Shown: positions 25,074 to 37,385 of the stretch, piece after piece | Position numbering within the stretch: the first letter of the stretch is position 1 | Layout of the letters: the number at the start of each line of letters is the position of its first letter | DNA from: Octopus sinensis | Taxonomy: Eukaryota | Length of the DNA: 64,000 nucleotides | Reading direction: 5' to 3' | Assembly: GCF_006345805.1 (NCBI RefSeq) | Contig: NC_043013.1 | Location: 14,136,001 to 14,200,000, forward strand | The notes under the pieces: generated by a model | Seen by the model: the letters and a program-made list of their open reading frames with translations, nothing else | The model's database searches: none | Told to the model about the DNA's origin: nothing | Translations under genes and position numbers: made by a program

Positions 25074-25699
25074 GGCCAGAGAATCTGGCCGAAATTGATG
25101 TTTCTTTTACTTGTTTCAGTCATGAATGTTTAAAACATTTCTCACCACGGTATGACAATTAAAAAAAAAAAAGTCTTTAACCCTAGGACTCATGAAGCCG
25201 GTTGCTCGGATTCCATGGCGTTTGGGGAAGCCGAGATCACAACATTCTAATCAGAACAGGAAGTTGGCGCGCTGCAGGGACCAAGGCCAGTAATTTTAGT
25301 TTGAAGGGAAACAAATCGATTACATCGACTGCAGTATTTGACTAGTACTTTATTTTATCAACCCCCGAAGAGATGAAAGGCAAAGTTAACCTCAGTGAGA
25401 TCCGAACTCCGAACGTAAAAATGACGGTGATGCAACAAACAGTGTGAAGAAAAAAGAAACTGCAGTTGTTTATTTATTTATTAATGAAGAGAATAGTCCA
25501 CAAAAATAAATAAACGAACCAAAAAGGCATACACACTCTTAATTTACACACCACTACAGGGAATATTGATATTTTCCCCCCTAAAAGATTAGGAAGGTAA
25601 CCAAAAAGTAATTGTGGTACGATGTCTCACCTTGAAGATATTTTTCAACATGCTTTTCGGATGTCACTTTCATATTTATAATATATTCGTATACACGCA

Positions 25700-25739
<40 letters not shown>

Positions 25740-26809
25740 GAAGGTTTGGAGATGGTGTACAGGTATTTTATATTAAAAGAAATGAGGTACTCAGAAATTC
25801 GGATGGTTTTATATTTACAGATATTTATTTGTATATTACATGTTTTTATACATCATATAACTTAGATCATATATCATATATTAATTAGCGCTTTCTCTCA
25901 TTCTAGTGGTGTTTTCAAACGTATATATAAATATATATATATATACAAAACTATATATATATATATTTTTATATTTATATGCATTCAGATTTACAAGGGG
26001 AACACATTATCTCTGACATTAGAACGAACGAGGCCAGGTATTTATTTATTTTTTTTATTAAAGGTTATAAGTTTTATGAAATCGATTCCAGGACTTGAAT
26101 AACACTTTAAATAATCCTCCTTCCTCGTGGGGATGAAAGCTAAAAAATCTACCTTAAAGGTGATGTGAAACCAAGTTATAAGTAGTAATGACAAAACCAG
26201 TTAATAATGATGCAATTAAAACAATACTTACCGCAGTATTATTCTCAACACCATTTGTCTAGCTGCTCCTGAAGTTTGGGTAACTACTGATCAAATGAGT
26301 AATATCGTTTGACGTCAACAGATCATGTTTCGAATACTGATATCAGAAAATATACTAAACGGCATTACTTGTGTCTTTACGACATATTCTGAAATCTGAG
26401 GACAACTATATACAGTATTATGTCAAGTTACCAATTAAAAAAAAAAAAAATTCACGCACTTATTAATTTAATTTTGTGTTCATTATCACCATATGTGTGT
26501 GTGTGAATATATATTTAAGAATATGTGTGTGTATATGCTTATGGGTACACTTCTTGTTTTCGGTGGTGGTTTTTGCCGTCACATTTGTTTTGAAAAGACA
26601 CCGAAAGGAATTAATTAGATTCTTCACCGTACAAAGACCACAGGAAATTAGGCGACGAAAATACCAAAATCCAAGGGAGACAACACCGACTTCTCTTGTC
26701 TTATTCGAAGACAAAACCAGGCAGAACTTGAGACGATTACATTAAAAAATTTAGAATTAAAATATTTCAGTGTAAAAGAAAGCAATTTATGGATATTGTT
26801 AAATTTCTT

Positions 26810-27158
26810 GGATCTTTTCGCTTTGACCGGCAGTTTTTTTTAAATAATTGGATCTTTTGATCCGAAAATTCTATAGTTTGTAAGATATTTGTTGTTTTTT
26901 TTCTTCCATTTCTGCAATTTCAACCAATCAGTGACGTCTATTGAAGGTGAAAACATTCTGTGCCGTATGAATATGTCCCTCGTTTAAGAAACAGATTGGG
27001 TTTATTTACATTTCTGAAGAAAAAAAAGATACCCTTTCTCCCACCCCTAACCCTAAAACAGATTGACATGCAATAGATCGATACTAGGGTCATAATTATG
27101 GGTGACAATTTCATATGACACCGCTAGAAAAAACTGCCGTTCAAACCGAAAAGATCCC
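26810..27158. mobile_element. GGATCTTTTC-terminated MITE
   Basis: ~30-bp TIRs GGATCTTTTCGCTTTGACCGGCAGTTTTTT / AAAAAACTGCCGTTCAAACCGAAAAGATCC. Related copy at 33942-34171; related termini at ~33770-33941 and ~50837-51020. Confidence 0.75.
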
Positions 27159-27420
27159 AATTTATGGATTATATTATATTGTTAAATTTCTTTCAACCAT
27201 TTGAAGTTTTTTCAAACATTCACCTGGATATTTTTTTTAATGCTGTTCTGATGTAGTTTGTCAGAAGTTCTGTTCCTAACAGCATCTCAAACCCCACAGA
27301 TTATGTTATTTCAGTGTTTCATGCCGTTTAGCAACGGGTTCAGTAAGTTACAGCTACGTGGCAGCAATAAGAACTGAAACAGGGACCAAAAGAATTACAT
27401 CAGGACGAACGAGACATCTT

Positions 27421-28055
27421 GGTACTACTTGAGAACAGTGGTCCCGGTGCGCGCACTCGCGCATCCGCGCTAGCTAGTCATGACTAGTCGATCATTACTT
27501 TGTGTTTTTGTGTTATTTACTTTACTCTTTACTCTTTTACTCTTTTACTTGTTTCAGTCATTTGACTGCGGCCATGCTGGAGCACCGCCTTTAGTCGAGC
27601 AAATCGACCTCGGGACTTATTCTTTGTAAGCCCAGTACTTATTCTATCGGTCTCTTTTGCCGAACCGCTAAGTGACGGGGACGTAAACACACCAGCATCG
27701 GTTGTCAAGCAATGCTAGGGGCACAAACACATATATACATATATACGACAGGCTTCTTTCAGTTTCCGTCTACCAAATCCACTCACAAGGCATTGGTCGG
27801 CCCGGGGCTATAGCAGAAGACACTTGCCCAAGATGCCACGCAGTGGGACTGAACCCGGAACCATGTGGTTGGTTAGCAAGCTACTTACCACACAGCCACT
27901 CCTGCGCCTAAAACTTTGTTTAAAAAATTATTTACTTTGTGTAAAAAATTATTTATTTTGAGTTTTATTTACTTAGCTAGGTAGTCACGACTAGCTAGCG
28001 CGGATACGCTACTACGCGAGTGCGCGCACCGGGACCACTGTTCTCAAGTAGTACC
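27421..28055. mobile_element. Long-TIR MITE copy 2 with nested family B SINE (27521-27909, minus)
   Basis: GGTACTACTTGAGAACAGTGGTCCC TIRs. TSD GACATCTT (27413-20 / 28056-63). Confidence 0.85.
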
Positions 28056-28109
28056 GACATCTTTCATTAAACCATTTTTTTTCTTCAGTTCTCTCATCAT
28101 ACCTACGCC

Positions 28110-28320
28110 AATAGAATTTCTATCGGCTCCTTTACTACAAAATGGCACACGGCCAATTCTCCGATGCTATAAGGGCCCTTTTTTCCTTCCTACTCACTAA
28201 AATTTTTGTGTTCGCTAAGTTCATAATAAGGCCCTTCAATTCTAAGTTTTGTTTCAATATCTGGCATTTCTGCTTTAATTCTTTACAGATTCTGCTATCT
28301 AAGTCGTCGGTATTCAAGAG
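28110..28320 (-). mobile_element. RTE RT fragment
   Basis: DDL...LELKGLIMNLANTKILVS...NWPCAI, homologous to 7770-7940. Confidence 0.7.
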
Positions 28321-28441
28321 TAACCGGTCTTAAATTCTTCTGTTGTGGCTTGAAACGAGAGGAGGCTGAAGAGCGAGTACCTGCAATCTAAATTCATCTC
28401 TGAACCGTAACTGATTCTTACCTTCCCGACTGCCCTAACCG

Positions 28442-28606
28442 CAGTGGCGTAGCTAGAGCGTGTGCCGCTCAGGACAGCCCTTGGGATTTCCGCCCCTGCT
28501 CCCTATACAGGTTTATACAGCAAATCAGCAGACCCCAAAATACCACCCCTATAAAAGTGTCGCCTGGAGAAGATCGCCTTATTGCCCACTTCTCGCTACG
28601 CTACTG
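28442..28606. mobile_element. Small hAT-like MITE
   Basis: CAGTGGCGTAGCTAG / CTCGCTACGCTACTG termini; no clear TSD. Confidence 0.55.
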
Positions 28607-28992
28607 CTCCTTCGTGTATAGCTTGTATGATCCTACCAAGCCGGTCATTTACCTTAGTTTTCTTAGTAACTGCTGTGGGATGACGTCAGCAGCTGGGCGA
28701 GCTGACCGGAAGTTGAGGGCTGACCGGAAGGGGGCAGCCGGGGACGCGCGCGCAGCGAGCGGAGATTTCGGCCTTTTTCGAACCAAGGTCGTCGGGGTGT
28801 TAAGACGGGTGAAGACGTTGCTAAGGTTGGGTGAAGAAGCTGCTATCTCTAGCGTTCGGGTCGGGCTGTGTCGAAGGATCCGTTACCACTGAAGGGTCTC
28901 CATCAGAGAGAAGAGAAGGTAGGTGCCTTTATATTCGAATATCTCGCACACACCACAAGCTATTTTGGCACTCCACATAAGTTGTCACCACG

Positions 28993-29739
28993 ATGTCTGC
29001 GAAAATCAGGATCGCCAGCGACATCATCAGACCCTTCAATGGCGAAGGCGATGTAGTGGCCTGGATTCGTAAAATCAGGCTGGTGGCAAGACTGCAAGGT
29101 ATAAGCGATGTGGCAAGTCTTATGGCGCTGTATTTAGAAGGGAGCGCGTTAACGCTATACCTTGAGATGGAGGAGGAGGAACGCCTGAGCGAGGAAAAGA
29201 TAGAGCAACGATTGCGGGATGCCTACACAGAATGTGAATACACAGCTTTTGCTAAGCTGGGTACGATTCGATGGACAGGAAGACAGGTGGACGAGTACGC
29301 GGCAGAAGTTAGAAGGTTAGCGACGCTGGCTGGGTTTACGGGAGAAGGGTTGGAGAGAGCAGCGCGACTGGCGTTTGTAAATGGGTTCCCCGACGATGTA
29401 GGGATTCACCTACAACGATTGCCCGGGATTAAAAAGATGGCGCTGAGCGAACTTGTGACTCAAGTCCGCGTGTTGACGCGACACTCTGGGCGGAAGGCGA
29501 TAGCGATGGCGGTGACAGAGGTGCGTAAAGACGGACGACGACCGGAGAAAGACGTACAGAAGCGGCCGTTCTCAGGTCGGTGTTTTAGATGCCAGGGGTC
29601 GCACATGGCGCGGGACTGTACGCAACCGGGGCCCGTTTGCTATCGATGCAGGAAGACAGGGCACATCGCCCGTGATTGCGACCAGGGAAACGACCGCGGG
29701 GAAGTTGCTGCCTCTCGAACTTTCCCCGCAAACGAGTAG
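28993..29739 (+). CDS. Gag of the LTR element, two CCHC-type knuckles
   Basis: Open 248-aa ORF with CFRCQGSHMARDC and CYRCRKTGHIARDC. Confidence 0.88.
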   Translation: MSAKIRIASDIIRPFNGEGDVVAWIRKIRLVARLQGISDVASLMALYLEGSALTLYLEMEEEERLSEEKIEQRLRDAYTECEYTAFAKLGTIRWTGRQVDEYAAEVRRLATLAGFTGEGLERAARLAFVNGFPDDVGIHLQRLPGIKKMALSELVTQVRVLTRHSGRKAIAMAVTEVRKDGRRPEKDVQKRPFSGRCFRCQGSHMARDCTQPGPVCYRCRKTGHIARDCDQGNDRGEVAASRTFPANE

Positions 29740-32546
29740 AGGCGCTATTGGAGACGCTGCCATTAATTGACGTGGAGGCCGAGGGAAAGACGTTCAAGGC
29801 CCTCGTGGATACGGGCTGTACGACCACCCTTGTGACTTCAAGGGTGACGAAGAAATGGAACGGGGCAAGTAGCGTCCGGGCGGTCGACGGCAGCGAAATC
29901 CGTTGCAGAGGCAGCAGCAAGGTAGAGATAGTGGTGCGCGGCGCGACGCTAAGGCTGCAGGTAATTGTGGCTGAACGCGTGATAGATGGGGTTGATGTGG
30001 TGATGGGGATGGACGCCATCAACTGCCTCGGTGGCGTCAGTGTTGTGGGAAATGAGGTCACGTTCGGAAGCGTGAGGGCGTCGTGCACTGCGAGTCAGGA
30101 TCGCCAGAGAGAGCAGAGCCCCGCGAGGGACTGCGCCGCTTACACCATCGAGGACAAAGACTTTCAGGAGGCGTTCGATGGTCAGCGGTGGACGATAGAG
30201 TGGCGATAGTAGGACGAGCTCCCGACGCTGGAAAACAGCGTTAGCTGTTACCAGCATACCCTGAAAAGCCACGCCAGGGTTGAGTTTGAAGACGAGGTGG
30301 AGAGGTGGATCGAGGAAGGGGTCCTTGTCCCTTGGAAGGAGGAGGTAGCGGGCGGAGTGCTACCCCTGATGGCGGTGGTGCAGCCTACGAAGGGAAAAGT
30401 CAGACCGGTGCTGGACTTCAGGGAGCTAAACCAGCATATATCGTGTCACACGGGAGGTGAGGCGACAGACGTTTGTGGCGAGACGTTACGTGCGTGGAGA
30501 CAGTCGACCGAGGCAGCGACTTGAAATCGGCATACTTGCAGCTCCATGTGAGCGACAAACTGTGGCGATATCAGCTGGTGCGGTACAAAGGCCGGACGTA
30601 CTGTTTAACCAGGCTGGGTTTCGGGCTGAATTCCGCTCCGAAGATCATGGCGGCAGTGCTTAAGTCCGTCCTAGGGAAAGACGGCAAGATTAGAAAGGCC
30701 ACCAGCTCCTACATTGACGACATTTTGGTGGACGAAACTGTAGTGCCAGCCAACGAGGTAGTTAGACATCTGGAGAAGTTCGGACTGATTGCGAAGCCAC
30801 CGGAGTCGATGGAAGGGGAGCCGCGCTGGGGCTGAAGCTGCGAAGAGATAGATCGGGTGAATTGTGTTTTCCGGAGAGGGAATGAAATCCCAGAGCTGAG
30901 TTCCAGCGTCAGCAGGAGAGAGCTGTTCTCGTGTGTGGGAAGTTGGTCGGTCACTACCCGATCGCTGGATGGCTGCGCACGGCATGTAGTTACACCAAGA
31001 GACGAGCAGAGGGGGAGAGTTGGGGCGACAAGGTGGGAGAAGGGACGGTAGCGATGATGCAGGAAATCCTAGAGAGGACGAGAGCGGAAGACCCGGTCAG
31101 GGGAAACTGGTACGTGCCCAAGACGGAATGCGGGACCGTCTGGTGTGATGCTAGCAGTATAGCGATAGGGGTTGTGTTGGCAATCGAAGGTGCTGCGGTG
31201 GAGGACGCGGCTTGGCTTCGGAAAGCAGATGATTTCAACCACATCAATGGCGCCGAATTAGACGCGGTGCTGAAAGGGGCGAACTTGGCCCTGAAATGGG
31301 GGCTGCGCACAATTGAAATCCGGACGGATTCGGCCACTGTGCTTGGCTGGGTAGGATCGGTGATCACCGGTGAAAGGAGAGTGCGGACGAAAGGTGCCGC
31401 GGAGATGTTAGTGAAGTGCCGTCTGAGAGTTCTAGGTGAATTGATCGCCGAGTTCGGACTGAAGCTGAATGTGGTTTTCGTGCCTTCGGAGAAAAACAGG
31501 GCGGACGCACTGACCAGGGTGAAAAGAGCGTGGCTGGAAGAACCGGAGGAGGCCCGGAAAGGAATAGCTGCGGCGTGTCGGTTGGATGACTCTGAACTGA
31601 AGAGACTGCATGCTATGCATCATCTGGGTGTGGACAGGACCCTGTATCTGGCGAAGAAAATTGATGCTGACGTCACTAGGCGAAGCATCCGGAAGGTGGT
31701 CGGGAGCTGCGACAGGTGTCAGTCCATCGACCCTGCTCCGTGTGGGCATGAACAGGGAAGCCATTGGGTGGAGCAGAACTGGAAAAGGCTAGCCGTGGAT
31801 GTGACACACTAACGTCAGGGAACGTACCTCTCCATGGTCGACTGCGGGTCAGGCCAGCTGGCCATTTGGAGGGAGTTGAGAACGGGCATTGCTGACGAGA
31901 TCGCGCAGATCCTGAACGGGATATTTTTAGAGAGAGGTCCCGTGGAAGAACTACTGATGGACAACGAGGCGGCGTTTCGTTCGGAAGTATTGAGGGTTAT
32001 GCTCGACCGGTGGAAGGTGCGTCGCTTGTTCAGAGCAGCGTATAGGCCGAGCGGTAACGGGACCGTGGAGAGGCACACCATCGGACAGTCAAGGCCTTAG
32101 CGGAAAGAGGGCACATTTCGCCGCTTGAAGCAGTTTTTTGGTACAACTCGTCTCCCCGATCCGGACAAGCTGAGGAATCTGTGCCGCAGAGAGCTGTGTT
32201 TAAATATGAATGGAGGTACCTGAGCAAAGCGCCGGAGGGCCACGAGGAAGAGAAGGCACCCGTTTGCGTGAAAATAGAGGAGGAAGTCTGGGTCAAGCCA
32301 CCAAAGGCGTGCTGTACGTCTCAATGGAGCAGAGGAACGGTGACGGCGGTCAATTCCAGAAACAAAGTCTCCGTGGATGGAATGCCGCGACACGTCTTGG
32401 ACCTTCGCAGGATTGTCGCTTCGACGGACGACGATTCTGGAGAGGGGGCGAACGAGGTGCCCAGCTTGAGAAGATCTCGACGCGCAAGGCGCCCTCCCGG
32501 TTGGATGGTGGACTACGACATGGAGCAAAGAGATTGTGATCTTTAA
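29676..32546 (+). pseudogene. Pol (PR-RT-RNase H-IN), disrupted
   Basis: PR ALVDTGC; RT LKSAYLQL, LGFGLNSAP, YIDD; RH CDAS, AELDA, TDS, ADALTR; IN HAMHH...CDRC, VDVTH, MDNE, NGTVER. Stops at 30207-12 and 31810, plus several frameshifts. Confidence 0.9.
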
Positions 32547-33941
32547 GATCAGGATGGCGTGTGGGATGACGTCAGCAGCTGGGCGAGCTGACCGGAAGTT
32601 GGGGCTGACCGGAAGGGGGCAGCCGGGGACGCGCGCGCAGCGAGCGGAGATTTCGGCCTTTTTCGAACCAGGGTCGTCAGGGTGTTAAGACGGGTGAAGA
32701 CGTTGCTAAGGTTGGGTGAAGCAGCTGTTATCTCTCGCGTTCGGGTCGGGCTGTGTCGAAGGATCCGTTACCATTGAAGGCTCTCCACCAGAGAGAAGAG
32801 AAGGTAGGTGCCTTTATATTCGAATATCTCGCACACACCACGCTGCCAAATCACAGCAGCGATCCTACGATCGCGAGTCCGCTGCTCTAACCACTGAGCC
32901 ATTGCGCCTCCACCTGTAAACAATATAAAAAGGCAAAATCCTCAATGAAAATCCAAACACACAAAAAAAAAAAACGCAGCAAAACAACGTTAAATTACGA
33001 GAAAACAATTTGAACGTTAAATTACAAATTCAAAACAAAACAAAAAAAAAAACGAAAAAGCAAATTGCAGTTTAGTTTATGTAAACAATATGGAGGCGAG
33101 TGACTTAGTGGTTAGGGTGTCAGCACCATGATCGTAAGATTGTGGTTTCGATTCCTGGACCGGGGACGCGTTGTGTTCTTGAGCAAAACACTTCATTTCA
33201 CGTTGCTCCAGTCCACTCAGCTGGCAAAAATGAGTAACTACTAATAGAGAACTACTAATAGAAAGATTTCCCGCTAGATCGGTCTTTACGAAGCTGCAGC
33301 CGAATCGACTGGAGTCAAGGTTCTCTCAAGAAAACCAACACGTAGAGAAGCCCCCTTCTACGCGGGAACGGAGACAGCATTTTGGCTCATTCAAGTTAAC
33401 TATTGCGAGTAGTTTCATGGCCTTGGCTACCTGTTCGCCCTGAAGAAAATATGTGTGTATATATTTTTATTTGCGAATCCAGACAAAAATAAAATATTAT
33501 TTATTGCTGTTGAAGTTTTGGTTTTTCTTTCGACATAATTGAATGCAACAGGATAAGACCGGCAACCCTCATGTGTTCCAGAGACCTTCAATCCTTGTAA
33601 ACTTCCAAAATAGCGTCACTACACACATCTGGTCTCGCAACACACTGCTCTGTAAACCCACTGCTCGGGTAACACCCAACCTCAGGTAGCTAAATATTAA
33701 TCAAAGCCGACTACACCTTGGCTTCTTACTACGGAAACAGGAACCACTATGTCTGGTTTTCGATTGGCTAAAATTACTTAAAATTTGCAAACTTTAAAAG
33801 CTATTAACTTTTTATTTATTAATTCATGGCAAAAATTAATTTCGTTTCCATTATAATCATACGAAACTACATTGATACATCAAATTTGAAATCAATTGGA
33901 ACAAAATTGAAAGAATCAAAAAGTGTGAACCAAACAGAAAA

Positions 33942-34171
33942 GGGATCTTTTCGCTTTGACCGGCAGATTTTAAAAATAATTTCTTTGTAACTAAACGCTT
34001 TTAAACTTCGTATACTGGTAGAATGTGTTTATAAAACATCCTTTTCTCTTGGCTTTATTGAGAAAATTCTATAGTTTGTAAGATATTTGTTGATTTTTTC
34101 TTCCATTTCTGCAATTTCAACCAATCAATGACGTCTATTGAGGTGAATACAACTTCTCCGGAAAAGATCCC
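33942..34171. mobile_element. GGGATCTTTTC-terminated MITE, second copy
   Basis: Shares its left half with 26810-26950 and ends GAAAAGATCCC. Confidence 0.7.
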
Positions 34172-34521
34172 AGCTTGCAGCTTCACTTTGCTGGAAATTC
34201 AATAAAAAATTATTGAATCCATCTATCCATCCACGCATGAAACCATTCATCCATATCTATATGCGTCTTTATTGATATCCATATCTATATGCGTCTTTAT
34301 TGATATCCATATCTATATTGCTCAATGTTATCTTTGTAAAACAAACCCCGATTTACTGATGAATAAATCAGAGAAAGGCGGTCGTCTGATTTGTTCAAAG
34401 TGATTTTTTTTTCTTATTTGTATTATTATTTGTATTTAATAAAAGATTTTTGTCTCCATCAAATGCAAGCAATGGCGTGAGCGCTTGCGTGTGTGAGAAT
34501 ATATATACATACACGCACAAA

Positions 34522-34596
<75 letters not shown>

Positions 34597-34603
34597 ATAC
34601 ACG

Positions 34604-34641
<38 letters not shown>

Positions 34642-35264
34642 TTATACATACATATATATGATGTGTGTGTGTATATATATACATATATATATATACACGC
34701 ACATACGCGCACACACACACACGCACACGCACACGCACACACAAGCACACGCACAAAAACACACAATCATACACATACACATTGTCTATATATATGGATA
34801 AATGCAGCACACGAATCAATGCATCAGTCTCTCTTTTGCTCTCTTTCTCTCTTTGGCCCTCCCTCTCTTTGACATGCTCTCTCTCTCTTTGACATACTCT
34901 CTCTCTCTTTGACATACTCTCTCTCTCTTTCTCTATCTGTTCCTCTCCCTCTCTTTTTCTCCCTCGTCCTTGTCGTGTTTCTGGTCCGACAACTCTTTCT
35001 CTCCAACTTAACCAACAACCTTCTCAAGTGATACCGCTAATTACATTATAGTTTTATGTCCGTTTCCTTTAATGATTCTCCACTGAGTTGTGTTTGTTGC
35101 TGCTCCAAGGCCGATAGATGGTTTCGTCAGTCGATATGACGTCTCGTATGAAGTAGATCCGATGTAAAACTGTCGTTGATAAACAGAGACAGCCATGAGG
35201 ACGCATAAAGAATTAATATTCGATTGCAAGTGAATATTTCATTTGCTTGACAAGATATTGAATA

Positions 35265-35560
35265 GGCGTAGGAGTGGCTGTGTGGTAAGTAGCTTGCTTA
35301 CCAACCACATGGTTCCGGGTTTCAGTCCCACTGCGTGGCACCTTGGGCAAGTGTCTTCTATTATAGCCTCGGGCCGACCAAAGCCTTGTGAGTGGATTTG
35401 GTAGACGGAAAACTGAAAGAAGCCCGTCGTATATATGTATGTGTGTGTATATGTTTGTGTGTCTGTGTTTGTCCCCCCAACATCGATGACAACCGATGTT
35501 TACGTCGACTAAAGGCGGTGCTCCAGCATGGCCACAGTCAAATAACTGAAACAAACAAAA
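35265..35560 (+). mobile_element. SINE family B
   Basis: GGCGTAGGAGTGGCTGTGTGGTAAG head; internal deletion in the 3' half. Confidence 0.85.
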
Positions 35561-35676
35561 GAGAAAGAGAGAGATAAATATGAAGATAAATAGATAGATA
35601 GATTGGCAGACAGACCGACAAACATGCATACAGATAGATATATAGATAGATAAATATATATAAATGGATAGATAGA

Positions 35677-37385
35677 GTAGTAGCCTGGATTCGAAAGGTC
35701 AAATTTGTGGCCTGGCTACAAAGCATCGAAGATGTAGCGATCCACATGGCCCTGTATTTGGAGGGGAATGCACTGGCACTGTACCTCGAAATGGATGAAG
35801 AAGAACAGCTGAGCGCGGCGAAGATCGAGCAGCGCTTGAGAGAGGCTTACACAGATGGAGGGTACGCCGCTTTTGCTAAGCTGGGAACGATTAGATGGAG
35901 AGGAGAACAGGTCGACGAATACACTGCGGAGGTACGGAGGCTGGTTATGTTGTCTGGTCTTACTGGTGAAGGACTTGAGGAAGTAGCGCGACTGGCTTTT
36001 GTGAACGGCTTTTCCGACGACGTGTCGGTGCGTCTACAGCAGTTGCCAGGCGGCAACAAAATGGCGATGAGCGAGCTCATCGTTCGAGCCCGCGTGTTAA
36101 CACAAAACATCTGGCGGAAAGCAGTGGCGAAGGCGGCTGCAGAAGCCCGCGAATTTGTGCGACGGCCGGTGAAGGATGAAAAGAGGCCTGCTGTGGAACG
36201 ACGGCGGCCGTTCACAGGCCGGTGTTTTAAGTGCCAAGGACTGCACATGGCGAGGGACTGCGCGGAGCCCGGACCGGTTTGTTACCCGTGCAAACAGACT
36301 GGGAAATTGTAGCCATCAAAAAGGCCACGAGGAAGTTGTTGCCTTTCAGACTTCCCCCGCGAACGAGGCGTTGATGAAATCACAGCCCGTAGTTGAGGTC
36401 GTGGTCAGAGGAAGTGGAGGATGCCGCCTGGCTTCGAAAAGCAGACGACTACAGCCACATCAATGTCACTGAGTTGGACGCAATACTGAAGGGAATGAAT
36501 TTGGCCCTGAAGTGAGGGGTGCGCTCCATCGAAATCAAGACGAATTCGGCTACCGTGCTTGGCTGGGTAGGATCGGTGATCACCGACGAGAAGAGGGTGC
36601 GAACCAAAGGGGCTGCGGAAATGCTAGTGAAGCGCTGTCTAGGGATTCTAGGGGAGCTGATTGGCGAGTTCGGCCTGAAGCTGAATGTGGTCTTTGAGCC
36701 TTCGGAGAGAAACAAGGCCGATGCTCTAACCAGGGTCAAAAAAATCCTGGTTAGGGGAGCCGGAAGAATCGAAGCAAGGAGTAGCCGCGGTGTGTCAGTT
36801 GAATGACTTCGAGCAAAGGAGACTGCATGCCATGCATCATATGGGCTTGGATAGGACCCTGTATCTCGCCAGGAGGATTGACGCCGACGCTACAAGACGG
36901 AGCACCCAGAAGGTGGTCGGGAACTGCGATAAGTGTCAATCAATCGACCCTGCTCCGGGTATGCATGAGCAGGGAAAAGTTTCGGTAGAGCACAACTGGG
37001 GACGGTTCGCAGTGGATGTGACACACTACCGGCAGGGGACGTCGGTGGTCGATTGTGGGACGGGACGGATAACCATTTGGAGGGAATTGAGGGCAGGCAC
37101 TGCGGACGAGATGGTACGTATTCTAAACGAGGTATTCTTAGAGTGGAGCCCCGTGGAAGAATTACTGATGGGCAACAGCACAGTATTTCGTTCGGAGGCG
37201 CCGAAGGAGATGCTTGACATGTGGAAAGTGCACCGCTTTTTCAGAACAGTATACAGGCCGTGGCAGAGAGGGGACATCTCTCGCCGCCAGAAGCAGTGTT
37301 CTGGTACAACATGTCGCCCCGAAGAGTTCGTGCCACATAGAGGGATATTCAAATAAGAATGGTGGCATCTGAGTAAATCATCTAG
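35677..37385 (+). mobile_element. LTR-less, PR/RT-deleted relative of the Gypsy-type element
   Basis: Gag ORF 35707-36312 is homologous to 28993-29739. Jumps at ~36412 from the protease start to RNase H (EDAAWLRKAD), then integrase (HAMHH...CDKC, VDVTHY). Confidence 0.88.

Larger units (their letters stand above)
28674..32842 (+). mobile_element. Complete but decayed Ty3/Gypsy-type LTR retrotransposon (4169 bp)
   Basis: LTRs 28674-28957 and 32560-32842 (TGT...ACA/ACG, about 10 differences by eye). 4-bp TSD CTGC. Domain order gag-PR-RT-RH-IN. Purine-rich tract before the 3' LTR. Confidence 0.95.

Noticed and set aside
34250-34320. Short tandem duplications (28 bp here; ~20 bp at 34860-34930; 22 bp at 56880-56940; 63425-63475)
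   Set aside because: Ordinary slippage products with no further structure.
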